Shown piece after piece: positions 23,886 through 38,021 of a stretch of DNA of 64,000 nucleotides. The notes beneath the pieces were generated by a model, which was given only the letters and a program-made list of their open reading frames with translations, made no database searches and had not been told where the DNA came from. Source of the DNA: Paragordius varius (lineage: Eukaryota; Animalia; Nematomorpha); contig OZ176050.1 of assembly GCA_964247055.1 (NCBI GenBank), positions 7,254,001 through 7,318,000 of the forward strand, in the 5' to 3' direction. The translations under genes were made by a program, and so were the position numbers. The number at the start of each line of letters is the position of its first letter. The stretch's first letter is position 1.

Positions 23886-25807
23886 AATAATGCAAAACAT
23901 AAAAGACTAAAATCTACTTAAATTTTCACAAATATATATTTACCTGTGTTTTTTTAATTAGTAATAACAACTATATAATATTATGATACCAAGATTAATT
24001 AATACAGGTATTTAGCATGTTGAAAAATATTTATTATTAAATTTAGGAATAATTAACATAAAATATCTTAAAATACGTATTTTACTATTTATTAATTTAT
24101 CAAAGATAAAAACCCACAAAATTCCGCATCTAAATACGTAACAACAATATTACAAATGTTAACATAAATTGCTATAATATTCCCAAAATTTAACATTACA
24201 AAATATCCATCAAATTAAAGCCTATGTTAATTCTCACGTCAATCTTCTTTCATATGTGTACTACGAAATAATTTCGTGGGTCAGTATTTTACGCTTTTGA
24301 TAAACCATTTATGTTATTTGGCAGGCAATAAAATTACTTAACAGACATTAGAATGCATACTGTAAACATGCGATCACAAAATTAGCGAAAGGGTAAATGT
24401 TTTTGATGGATTGTTTAAATTGAAGCATTATGCCCTCATTAAGTGGATTTTAAAATTCTGTTTTTATAAAAACTAAATATTTAAATCCAAATAAATTTTG
24501 GCTTTGAACGTGTAATGATTACACAGAAAAAATTAAATATATATAAAAACAAAACATGAAAGATAAAAAAATTTACCCAAAAACAATTAAAACATACGAA
24601 ATTTTAAACGCATCTACCATATTTCGTTTATCATATAACAACCGATATAACATAATAATCCAGTATACTATCAAATGACCAAGTATATAAAATTCATGGC
24701 ATAAACCTTTTACACAGAGTTTTAGCATATTCGCATTGTTTTAATATTTGTTAATGTTTAAACCGCATGTTTATTGTTTTATTATGAGACTTTAGTAATA
24801 AGATCCAAAAAAATATGTATCCATAAATCATAAACAGGTTATTTCTACTCTACTCAAAATGCCTAAAATGATATAAAACATTTTAACGCTGCAATATTCA
24901 TTTATCCACATAAAATACTAAACATTATTTATTGCCTGTTAAAGTTTGAAAATTACTAATTAACTAAAAGACAGAAATTTACAAAAAATACATAATATTT
25001 ACATTACAATGTTATAAATTGTAATACATATAGGTTAATCTGAGAGATAAATAATAATGTGAAATATGTTTGAGTATGTTCTGTCTTGAGGTGTTAATTG
25101 TTCAATCAAAACTCATTATCCACCATCAAAGGCAACGTTCGAATCTTGAATGAACCTAAGAAAATAAAAAAATTGAAAGCAATAAAAAAAATGAACAACC
25201 AACATTTATGAAATAAATCATTGATTTTAAAATTAGTTGTTGTTGTAACGTTATTAAAAAACTATATGAAAAGTCAAACTATTGTGTTAAAAAATATTAT
25301 AAGGACTAATAATTTCACATAAAAAAACAAATTTTTGATTTTGCCAAATTCCAAACTTTCTATAACAGAAAAGATTACATTATAGTAATTGTATTCAAAT
25401 TTTTTATAAGTTAAATTTAAGAAATATATTACTAGATATAAATAACGGATCGTTGTGTAAATTATCAAATAAAAAAACTAACTTTTTTTTAATTTAAAAC
25501 AATTGTTATTTTTCGTGTAAACATATTAATAAAATACTAAAAGATTTGGCTACAATATATTAATGTTTTTATATAAATCTGCAATTTAAAAAAACTGTCA
25601 ATTTGTATAAATAGTAATTCAAAATTTTTATATTCCCTATATGGGTGATATTAGGGGTGTAGTTAAAGGACCTTAAGCATTAAATTTCACTAGTTCTTGT
25701 ATAACAATCCAAATAGTTTTAATTTTATATTAAAAAACAAATATAAGTTTTAAAATTGATTTGATAGTGTTTTTCTTTAATTGCCGCTCTATGAAATCTT
25801 TTATGAT

Positions 25808-28050
25808 TTAGTGTACGGTAATTATACCATCCATTCCACACGAGTATATACGAGCCTTGTCATCGACAAAGAGTTGCGAGCAACCGCCCAAACGAGCCAA
25901 ATCGTTCATGAGATTGGGAACGGATGCTGAGGATGAATTAAATCCTCCTGAACTCATTTTGAGTTTAGCGGCACTTGCTTTGATTCGGCTCGCCGTTGCA
26001 TTGATCAGGGGTGTGTTAGCACTCTGAGAATGAGACGATCCAGAATGGACACCATTAAACGTGAAAAGAAGGGGTTGACTGGCCGTTGGTTTGAAAGTGG
26101 AAACGACGGGATTGCTGCTGCCTTGCAAACCGAGTGCAGCACTCAGTCTATGTTGTTGACTGTTATAACCAGAACCGGTTGTGAGCTCTGAAGCAACCGA
26201 GGATCCGGGCGAAAGAATATGAGGTAGAGACCAAACCTTATAGTTTTAGCAAAAACATTAATTAAATGAATTTATTGGCGTTGGATGCAAAGCTAAACAA
26301 AGGTAATCATTTTACCTTAATGTTGCCCCCTGATGAGCCAGTAACTAAGAATTGTTCATTGGATTGGTCCAAAGCCATACATTTTATGGGCGTCTCATGG
26401 CACTTTATTGCATTCAAAATTTTATGAATAGGTGTGGTCGATTGAGCCGCCGTAGTGCTATGCAAAGATGAATCTAATAAATAAACATATATACATGTTT
26501 TTCCCCAAGAAATTTTGACATAAAACAATAAAATAGAAAGAATGCGCTTTTATATACTCGAATATCGTAGATCTAAAACTTGCACATTCCCACGTTGAGT
26601 AGCAACAAAAATTATGTTGGGGTTTGAGGGGAGATAACATAGAACGGTCGGAAGGATTGGGGAATAACTGGAAGAATGAGGTTCTTGTGATACATTTTGT
26701 GCTGCAGACGACCCCATATCATCGCTCAAACAAAAGGCTAAACAAATAAAACACATATATATCTGTTAAATTAAAATTTTACAAAACCACCAAATATAAA
26801 TTATATATATATATACATTGGACACATGAAACGTGATCAGGCAATAGTGTATCATATATAGCTAAGTTGGATAAACCACCCCGATTTGACAACCCGCAGA
26901 TGCCAAGGACACTTTCTGAAGCTAAAAATTTAAAATCTGTTCCACCATCAAAAGCTTGAATTTTCTAATTATATATTTATAATATAATAATTAACAAATT
27001 AATAAAATATAATTATATAAATGTAAATACCCAAAATTCGTGGTTGGAATGTAAGTAGGATTCAAGACTAGAATTATAAAGTAACATTTGCCCATTAGCG
27101 TGTAAAGCACCAATCTATATAAAATTGCGTAAAAAGTTAAATTGAGTATCAACTAATCTCTATTCGAATCCTTATTTGGAAACATACAATATTATTATAA
27201 TTTTTACATTGTATCAAAAAGTTAACGAATTAAAACTTGGGATATAATTTATAATGTTTTGTTTTTGTCGATTTTAATAATCCCATTCATTGCCAGATTA
27301 AATTATAATTAATAATCATTGTTATGCAAAAAACACTAGTTTTTATAAAATATTTTATAATTTTCATTGTAATAATACCTTGTAACCATAAGGACTGTAC
27401 TTTAGAGCTGTAATTCTATGTTGTAAAATATCCTTGGGTGTTGACTGACTTGTGGCTTCATAATTAAATTGTTCAAGAAAGTGAGGTTCTTCCCATCTCC
27501 ATACTTTAATGCAACCTTGGACATCTCCAGTCAAATCTGAATACATATGTTAAAATTTTATTAAAAAATGTATATTAATTTTGGCTTGTGTATCCCAAGC
27601 TAATTAACAGTTTGAAAATAAATAAAGCAAAAACAAGTATATAGTTTAAAAATATAAAGCAAATTTTAACAAGATACCTCTAAATCAGGGATGTTTAACA
27701 AGTGCGCAGAAATTTAAAATCCATAATTTGCAAAAATATGCTTCAAATAAGTAAAATTGATTTTTCTAAAATATATATTCAAAGGTTCATTCAATTGACA
27801 AAAGCTAGAAAAAATTGTTATATTGTGTTTGCATTTTACAGTCGTATGTTTGAAATATAATTAAGTATTAATGAATGTCCATGTATATTTCGAATGGGGG
27901 CCCCAAATTTTTTGGTCAAAAATGCGGGCAAAGGGACACCCCTGGTCTGATAAAAAAAACTTTTTCGCAAAATATATATTATTTCTTACAGAAATCTTGC
28001 GATGGGTGAGATGCCATTTTTCGAACGCCGTTCATTAATCGTCTTGGACC
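25808..28050 (-). other. DMXL2: DMXL exons encoding the C-terminal WD40 beta-propeller
   Basis: VRKMASHPSQDFYLTGDVQGCIKVWRW, LAIYDTLL, FVATQRGNVQVLDLR, HETPIKCMALDQSNEQFLVTGSSGGNIKVWSL and RIYSCGMDGIITVH match the DMXL C-terminal WD repeats as recalled. Confidence 0.9.
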
Positions 28051-31000
28051 CTAACATTAGATAAAATGTTATATGTCTTATAAAGAAAAAACTGCAGTGG
28101 TGATAATTAATAAAAGACAAAACGTAAAAATTCTAAAATCTTTTAAATAAAAACAGCTATATTTTTCTAAACCTTAATATTTTACGTAATTCTCATGATC
28201 ACGATTAAAAAATATATATTATATTTTATTACCAATTTACTTTGCAAATGAAAACGATAAGTTATAAAAAAACAAGGTTAAAAAATTATATGTTTTAGTT
28301 CAATTTTTAAGTATTTATATACAGAATGTATTTTTGGTAAGCCCATTTCTTTATCAAGATAAAAGGAATCTGAATATTTCATGGAAGAGTTTGTTGAAGG
28401 AATGATAGGATAATCGATTTCATCAGCGTGACTGTTCCTTTTCCTTAAAATACGATATAAATAAGATGATTATAATATAAAATATGAAAAGATGTGGCTT
28501 AATATTTGCAAAGTCCAATTTTTAAATACGAAATAAAAACTGCACAATCGCAAAGTCAGGTATATGATCAAACTTTACATATAAACCTAATTTACGGTTG
28601 TTAATTTGGAGTTAAAGCCTTAAAACCTAAATCCCGTACGTATATTCTACACTTTCTGACTGCAACTAACTAGGAATCAACTTATTGTTCATTAAAAATT
28701 AATAGTCATTAACTTTTTTTTAAATCTCTCTAACAAAAAATTTAGCCTTTGAATTATTGAATATATTGAATATTTTTACAAGTTTTACAGTATTAATAAA
28801 TAAATTGTAAATAAAATTTGTAAGCAAAAAAATGTGATTTGTACCCCAAAAACCCCTTGGAATAGCCCGTAGTAGGAGTTGAAACAAAATTGGATAAATG
28901 TTGTGAAGAGTTGAGCACTTGATGAATATCAAGTTCCTGAATATCTCGATCACTGGCCAAACCGATTTCATTCAACCGCGGATAATAGTAATATTCCTCG
29001 GCCTGGCTAAAGAATTCTGATTCTTTTTTCCCTTCATCCCCTTATATCAAAATTAACGAGATAATAAATACAGTTTTATATGATTTTAACTCTCAATCCC
29101 TACCTTGAATCAAAAAATAATGCAATAAATTTAACGGCGCAACTTGCATTTATATTTTTATTCGGGGTACAATATTAAGATTATTTATAATTCAATTTAT
29201 ATTTATAAAAGATACCCAAATATTCCTTTGCATGAAAATCAAAACTTCGATTGCTTTTGAGAGCGAAGGCATACACTGATTCTTTGTCTTTGTGTAGTAG
29301 GGATAAAATCATCTAATTCAAATTTAATTATAAATTATTATAATAAATTTTTAACACGTTTTTAAATTTTTATCAAATACTAACCTGAGAGTCCACAAGG
29401 TTGTGGGATGAATCGTTTTTTCCCGCGATTTTCGCAAAAGATCCTTTAATATATAAATATACAAATTATATATCATTTGGATATAATATATCTATAATAG
29501 AACTTTACTTTAAAAAAAAAAGTCAAATTAACTTACTTGACAAATTTAATTCTAATTTGTAGGGGCTAATTTGGTTTTAATTTAAATTTTTAAATAAATT
29601 ATTAATATATATCAACAATAGTTTACATTAAAACAAGAATAATTAAATATATTTACATTTTTTGAAGTGCTTATTGTTTCAATTTTTTACGGGAAAAATA
29701 ATAAATGTAATGATATTTATTTTGAGCAAATAGAGCATATTAAATACCTTTCGCAATATATTTAGTTTCGCCGGATATTTCTATCTCCTCGATATCAGGG
29801 GGATTAATTTCCACTATTGGGGTCATTATAGCCTTTTCTCCTTTCTACAAAAAACATATTATATAACGCATGACACTACACAAGTATAAAATCATAAGCA
29901 TCCATCGCTAAAACAAAATTTTAATATACAAATCCTAATTAAAAGACGTTTCAACAAATTATGAGAGAAAAAATTTAAAGATAATAGTTAAAAATTGAAT
30001 TCAAAACAAACATAGAAAATAAAAGACAAATATTTTTGGTAAAAAAGCATATGTATTTGATCCTTGATACCATAGTTTCTAATCACGAAAAATATAGTTG
30101 ATTAAATGACCAAATTACATCACTATTCCTTATTCCGCAACCCAAACCAATGCAATGAAAAAATCAAAGTTTGAAAATTATAGCGTTTTTCTTTATGAGA
30201 TTCCTTGTAAGTATCTATGTTTTTGTCGTTACAATTTCAATTTTTACTGTATAATATAAAAATGTTTTCTTACTGAATCTAGGGATGTCTTAGCGATAGT
30301 TTTTTGATCGGATGAAGGCAATGCTTGGGAATTATTCATAGTTTGAGGACTTTTTGGAGCAAAAAGCAAAGGCGCTTTGATAATGAAACGCACAAATAGA
30401 TGGTGAGTTCTTTCATCCCGAACTAAACGCAACCATAAACGTTTTATTGGGATAACTGATCGACTGTTTGAACTGAATATATATATATATAATATTAAAT
30501 GTTTCGTTATTTTACAATTTAATTTATAAATTTACTCAAAATCATACAAATGTATCCTATAACTTTTTTTGGTATGAAATTTAATTAAATATATTCTCTA
30601 TAAAAAATCCTATCAAAAAAATGATGTTTATACCTACTTAAACAATCTGTGCATAAGCTTATTCAATTAATACAGAAATTTAAAAAATTAAAACTAAATT
30701 TTGTCTACCTTTAATTAGGTTTATACACTAAATAATTAAGAGAACTGATAATTACGTAAATGGCGTGTGATTAGGATCCAGGAGGTCCTGATAAATTTGA
30801 TTCAATCTATTGCCATTATCACCACCTTAATAAAATAGTAACAAATAAAAAGTAGTAATTAGCGTAAACTGGGAATATAAAAATCATAACGTATTCCATT
30901 ATATTCCCCAATAAATGCGTCCTGAAAAAATTATTAAAATTGATATTACCAATAGTCATATTGGTTTGGCATAGTTTATCTTAAAATAATTAAAAAACAA

Positions 31001-34000
31001 AAAGCATTTTTTAAAAAAATCTCAGCTAAAATATTTTTCCACTCTTAATACTGTAATTAAATACATATTGCAAGCGGTTCCAAAAGATATAAAAAATACC
31101 ATTTGCATTACTCAGATGTTGAGTATTTTGAGTTTTAGACCAAAAATTTTTATTATTATGATTTGGGTTTTTAGTCATATGATTGTTATCATTTTCTGTG
31201 GGGGAGTTTTCATTAACAATATTAGCGTAAGATGAGTCGCCGAATTCTGATATTCTCAACATAGCGAGCGGATCGATTTGTGAATGATTGGGTGATCTTT
31301 CAAAAAAGTTGTAAAGACGTTTTGCTAAGGCTGTAAAAAATGTTTATATATATATATATATATTGACTGTACAGCGGTAGTGTACTTTAAAACAAAAAAA
31401 ATGAAAAAAAAGTTTCTGTACTTTTTTCCCAATCCTCCAACATACAAATGTAAGCATGAATGCGAGGACTCGTTCTGCAAGGCAGCGAGTCTGTCGAGGT
31501 CAGACTACGGGGTCCAAGTAATATAGTTGCCAAGAAACTACTTATTTCGGCCAACATGGCTCGAATACAAGCAAGTTTAATTAGAGTCCAAGTGAAACTG
31601 TGTGGATTACTGTGTTGCATTTCATCCTCACCTGCAACATATACATGGTGCATAAAACATAGAAATAATATGGTGTGTGTGATAAAAATAGAATTAAAAA
31701 GGTTTGCATATCTTATTATAAGTTTTTTTACGCCTAAATTAAGCATCTTTGGGAGATAGAGCTTTTATAAAATATTCTTTAATTTTTAAAATAAGGCGTA
31801 AACATTAGATCTTATTCTTAAAAAACAAAGGTTTTTACATTAATTTAAGAAATATGACGGTAACTTTTATTACTTTCATCATTGACATGCACGAAACTAT
31901 AGACTTGTGAAGAAACTTTGACATATAATTATTTAAAAAAAGATTTCGATTGTCCTCTAATTCAACTCTAAGGGCATATATTGGTAAAAAACTTGCCAAA
32001 TTTTTATTAAACCATGGAGATACATGACTATTTTAAATGATACTACTATGTTAAGACTTAATTATCCATAGAATCCCAAATCAAATGGGGCAAATCAATA
32101 TAGCAAAAGGATTTATACTAAACTATTCAATTATTCCTATCATGATTCAAATAGTAGAAAAAACAGATTTTTTAAAAAAGGGTTAAATATGTTATAGATA
32201 TTGGAAAAAAACAAAAAATAATTTTTTGGAACGGTTAAAAACCACGGTCTTTTTCTAAAAACGGTTGGTTACGAATTTATAAAATGGTTTTCGATTTTAA
32301 GACAGTTTTCAAAAGGTATTAATGTTTAAAACCCAAAAAAAAGAATAAATTTAACAAAATATTTTTATAAAACAATATTATTGATTGACCTGAAATATAT
32401 GACCTAAAAATAGTTTTTAAGCAAACGAGAACTCTGTGTTGTCAATCATGAGGCATGGCTTAAAAAAATTAAGTTTAGTTACCCATGATTGAATCATTGT
32501 TGGATGTGAATGAGGATGCGAGCGATTCATTAGATTTGCTTAGAGGAGAAAATACAGGGGAATTGGGAATAGAAGTACCATCACCATCCTCATCATCCAA
32601 CCCAACATCTGAATCATAATCCAAAATGTCCATAGGGAGTCCATTTTTTTCACTAGGCTAAATGATTAAAAAAAGACAAACATAATATGTTGGGTATCGT
32701 TTTTTCATTTCATTAGATAATAACAATTCAAACACATCTTATTAGAGTAAATATTTAGAATAAATTTTCTTTTTCAACTAAACAATAGGGGTAATTTTTT
32801 GTTATTTAAAGCGACTTTTTAGGGCCAAACATAACTACATATCTATTTAGATAAATCATAAATTAAAAACTCAAGACGGAAAAAATAAAACAGTTTTTAC
32901 TTTTTGAAATATGGTGGCAAAGAGAGGTTTAACAGGAGGCATCCAAAACTTTATTTTATGATTGATATCAGTGGAATTTCTTTTCCCATCATTTGGTGCA
33001 GAAGTTTCACCATCTAAATTATATGTAAAAGATATTATTATTAAAAAAATTTTTATTGCCCGAAAAACGTTATTTTCAAACCTTAAAATTTTAACAAAAA
33101 TTTATGTATAAAAAGGGTCATCCAATGAAAGAAAACCTATAAGATAATAATTGGAATTAGTCAATCAAAAGCAAAGCTTATCCATATAAAAGAAATTAAA
33201 ATAACTAATCATATAGTTGTAAATAGTTAACTATTAAAAATTGTCACAAAGCTACTATAATGTATCGAAAATTCTGGATTTAGTTTAGTGTTAATATAAT
33301 TTTTATGAGAATCGAAATAAATTATCAATTACAACAATTATTAAAATACACGCTTTCATTAATAAAAACCAAACCAACCAGGTGTGGAGGTGTCTTCATC
33401 AAAAACATTTTCATTATTTTCCTGATTGTTCATTTCAGGGACATTTGGCTGTGCAGATTGTCTAATCTGTATTGGCATAAATCCATGTAGGGTGAATCCA
33501 AAAGTCGTATTCCAGAGATGGGAATCGAGTTTAAGGCAAACTAATCGATAAAGCAAACACGCATCGTAAGTAAGTAAGGCCGTTATAAAACAGGAACCAT
33601 GAATAGCAAGCAAACATTCGGCAAGGAACAATTTGAGTTCCTGACTACTATTATAGGGTTACATATAATTGAAAGACATATTTTTTGGCATAAAAGATAA
33701 CCATAGTTGTGAACCTTAATTTTAGCTTTATAAACTATAATATTATAAATATAATTGAGTGTGTATTAATAATTACATCTCCATTCCTTACTTGGAAGAT
33801 ATTTTATTTAAAAAATCAAAATTTTAAAAATATAGTTGGCTGTGGAAAAAAACACCTTTGTATTATTACTACAATTGTCACGCATCAGAGTAATAGGTTA
33901 AAATATATTGATTTTTCAGAAAACATGGTGTCATTAGATCAGATGGAAATTATAGTTAAGTGCAGGCCATTTTATTGGCTTAAAACTAAAGCGGAAAACA

Positions 34001-37000
34001 TTCCTGGTAAATATAATGGGCAATGCCTCTTTTTACTGTACCACCAAAATAATAAAAAACCAGAAAAGCATATTTATCTAAACTGTATACAGTAAATTAT
34101 ATAATGACAAAATATACAGTAAAAATATTTATGAAAAACCTTAAAAATAGAAACATACGATAACTAATATCTATTATAAAGAAACTCTTATTTAATATTT
34201 TCTATTTAACCCATATGATTACAATTAAAATTGAATGTGCATCTACATTTCTATCTTTATTCGCAGTTCAAAACGATACGATTTATTGTAAACACGGTAA
34301 AAAATATAATTTTTTTAAACACTAATATTTTTTTATGAATATTTTAACCTAAAATTCAATGTTCTATTGTAATATCTTGAATATGAATTCAAAAAAAAAT
34401 TGTAACACAAAATAAAAATAACCTAGATTCGAGAACGGTTGAACCAGAGGCTTGTGCCGTTGATAATACTTTCGTACTCCCTTTCTTGCTGTGAATATCT
34501 ATAAATATTTATATAGAGTAAAGAATTAAAAATTATCCAGATAAATCCCAACAACTAAGAGATAATATTTATTTAATATAAAAAATCAACTACGTACAAA
34601 AAAGTATGGCCATCTTTTTTTTACATTTTGTCTTTATTATATAATTTCAATTTTAGAGGAAAAAATAAATACCTGGCCAATTTTTAATTTCCGTGCAATT
34701 GGCTAAATCATCAAGAGTCATTTGATTTATTGCATCATTTGTGGGGGAATTGAATTGGGTAGATTGGTGGTTATCTGGCTCCCTTCGTTCACTATTCGTA
34801 GGTGTCACGAAAACAATGTTTCCTAACAAATTTTGTTGATGATAATAGTTTGAGTCATCTTGATTAAAATTCATGACAAGCTTTTGAGGAACATTGATAA
34901 ACTCGCGTTTTTCAAGAATGTTCAGTTTATAAAATTGTGGTATTATCATCATTGATTCATTATTTGATGGAGCCTTTTCAGAGACTGCATTCTTGCTTGA
35001 ATCAGCATGTAAATGAGCTCCAAAATTTTGCCACCAAAAATTGAGTATAACGTCAAACTCACCGACGCAAACGGCTTCAAGGAAATCTTTTGTCACATAA
35101 ACACAAGGCAAATCTTCCCCGCAATCAACTGTAATAGGTAAGTAAACAGATATGAATAAGGATATAATGGCAATAATCCTATTAAACAAGACACTAAAAA
35201 ACAATTTTTTTGATGTTAAAACAGTTAATAATTTTGTTTTTTCTCTCTATGATAATGATCACAATTGAAAAATATATAAATGAAAGATGTTACTATTTTA
35301 TTTCATTCTGCTTTTCGCAACCAAATCTGATAGGTTTTATTTTAAAAAAACGAGGTGTAAAATATATGGATGTTTCTAAGAAAAAAAATTAACCTTTTAG
35401 TTTCCGCATTTTCTTTAAACATTTATAGAATGTGTAAAATAAAATAAATACTATTCTTCGTTTCATCAGTCTGTGTGACTGTTATTGCAGATTTCTTGCC
35501 TGAATCTTTTGTTGTTGTATGCCAATTTTTCACTTTATATTTTAATATAAACCAATGTGATAATTAAATATTTTGCAAGTGTTGAAAAATAAATTTTTTA
35601 AAACTCACTTTGCTTCAGAATATCCGCTTTACTGGGTCGGGCATTTCGTTGATATTGATCCGATATTTTTTTAACCCGTAAGTGCAGTAACTCTAAATTA
35701 ATTTATTTTAACCAAGTAAGAGATGTAAAAACAAAGAGTATATACATATTTACATTATTATAATTTTCAAAAGATAAGCTATAAAATGAGCAAAGTTTCT
35801 TTTATATTGAGCCAATTCAGAAATTTAAATATCAACTATATTTAAAAAAAAACTCATCATTGATTAAGATTTCATATAAAAAGAAAGGATATGGAAAAAT
35901 GGGTGACATCATAATAAGAGTCTGTTGTTTTTCTGCCGGGAGTATAAAAAATATAGATTTCCCGTTAAAATAAGCCCTATACAGCATAAATCATAATTTT
36001 AAAGACAAAACGTAAAAACCAAAACATTTATATTGTGTTATTAAAACAACCGCAATTTTTTACACCTTGGGTTGCTAAATAAGATATGGAGATGGAAATA
36101 GGCAACACACTCATTTATGTATTTTACCAATTAAATCATGTAAGTTTTACAAAAAAGAAAAATCAAGGGTAAAAAATATTGTTTTCGTTACGTATTGTCT
36201 TTATAATTATTTTTACTATCATTAGTTAAAATTATATGTGGAAAAATCAAGGTTAAAAAATATTTTCTTCTTTCGTTATAAAAATGATTAGCCTTTTACA
36301 GTTTAAATTCTTTATCTTTGATTTTTTCTATTTATATATAAATATATTGAGAAAACTAACTTTTTTCACACCACATATTGAGAGGAGTTAATGCTTGGAA
36401 TAAACAAGCACTCAAGGAATGTGCCGTATCTTGTAAGCAAAGAATAGTGGATAACAATGCATTCGTATTTTGTTCCGTAATACTAGCACTGGCTGGTGGT
36501 GAAGTATTCGTAACAAGTGGAAGTTGGGATTCTTTCACATTGTTGGCTCCTTGTTGGGATGATGTAGATGTCCCCTTTTCGGTCCCCAAAGCTGAACCAT
36601 AAACGCCTTTGGTTGCCGCGAAACTCGTAAGGCCTAAATAAAATTAACACTTTATTAAATTGATGTGGCAAGGTTTATATAACATCATTTCAATTTTTTG
36701 TGAATTACACTTTTTGAAAATCTCGTGATGATATACAATAGTAGTGCCAATGAAAATAAAAGAAAGTAACATATTACCGACTACATGTACAAAATTGTAA
36801 ATTGTTTTAAATAGTTGTGTGGTACAGATTGTTACAATATGTAGAATTTAATTGTAAAAATTTTCTGTATATTTTATAACATAACTTTGGAACAAACAAG
36901 AGAGCTAACTTGTACCTTTTTAAAAAATTAAACTTAAATAGATAAAATATAATATTTTTATAGACCATATTTGTAAGTTTGAAAATTCTAGAAATATGAT

Positions 37001-37983
37001 TAATAACTCATATTAAACGTAGAAAATAATTTATTTCCGCATATATAATTGAAAAAGTATCAGTATAATCCAAAATATTTTATTATTTAAATAAATTTTT
37101 TTATTTAATACAAGTAATAAACCTATTAAGTTTTATTAACCACATTTCTGTCTGCTTAACCTGATTGTAATTAACAAACAAATAATCAGAAATAAAAATG
37201 CTGATGTAACGTACCCTTCATAATGTCAAAACAAGTGTTTTGCAAATATTCAAACGGATCTTCAAAAAACAATGTAGCATTCGTCGTCGTCGACGAGTTT
37301 ATATTTTTATTTGAGTGTGAGAAGGTTGGACAGATAATGCGATGAACCAATAGGGGAGGCAAACTATTTATGATTCCAATGTCGGAATCTTTCTCAGTTT
37401 CTGAATAAGAGTTCGAGTTTACATTGTTGTAGTTTTGATTGGTGCGTTGTTCAACTTCCAAAGTTTTAATATCATCATTGATTAACTAGAGAGAAAGGGA
37501 TATAAGGGGTAAGAAATTATGTGTATACATATTGTTAGTTTTAATTAATTATTTCCAGCTAGCATATCAATCAAAGAGATTTATTATTGGTTAAAAGTTA
37601 TTTTTTCCCTTTTTTTATTAATCACCCATAATAAGTTTTTTGGAAAAATATGGTATCTGGCAATACTTAATGAAAAGTAACAACGTATGGTAAATCACTA
37701 TGTGTATAAGAAAATAAAAGATAAAGGGTATTATAATAATATACAGATATTTAAATTTGCTTATGTCATATATTTGAAAAAGATCTCAAACACTAATTTT
37801 ACCAAGGTAAAATTAATTCTAAAACCTTTCAACCGAAAAAATAATATTTAAAATTAAAAATATGTATTGTTTTTGCGTTTTTATTTTTAAATTTTATATC
37901 CAAACTTTATGGGTATTTTTTTAAATTAGTAGGAAATAAATGAACGAGCGATATGTGAACTTCGAAATATTATAAAATACCAT

Positions 37984-38021
<38 letters not shown>

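Larger units (their letters stand above)
19823..24362. mobile_element. 4.54-kb non-autonomous foldback element with ~2.2-kb terminal inverted repeats and Tc1/mariner-like ends
   Basis: Left arm 19823-~22024 is the reverse complement of right arm ~22158-24362, with only scattered mismatches noticed. Spacer ~133 bp. Ends are TA|CAGTATGCAT ... ATGCATACTG|TA (TA at 19821-19822 and 24363-24364), and the flanks beyond are unrelated. No ORF of 60 aa or more in the ORF track. Confidence 0.88.

Noticed and set aside
35394-35412. 19-nt candidate microexon with AG/GT boundaries
   Set aside because: Its length is not a multiple of 3 between two phase-1 introns, so it would break the frame, and the upstream intron would be under 40 nt.
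31460-36602. Plus-strand ORFs 31460-31759 and 36378-36602 as nested antisense genes
   Set aside because: Both coincide with DMXL exons on the opposite strand and end in flanking intron sequence.
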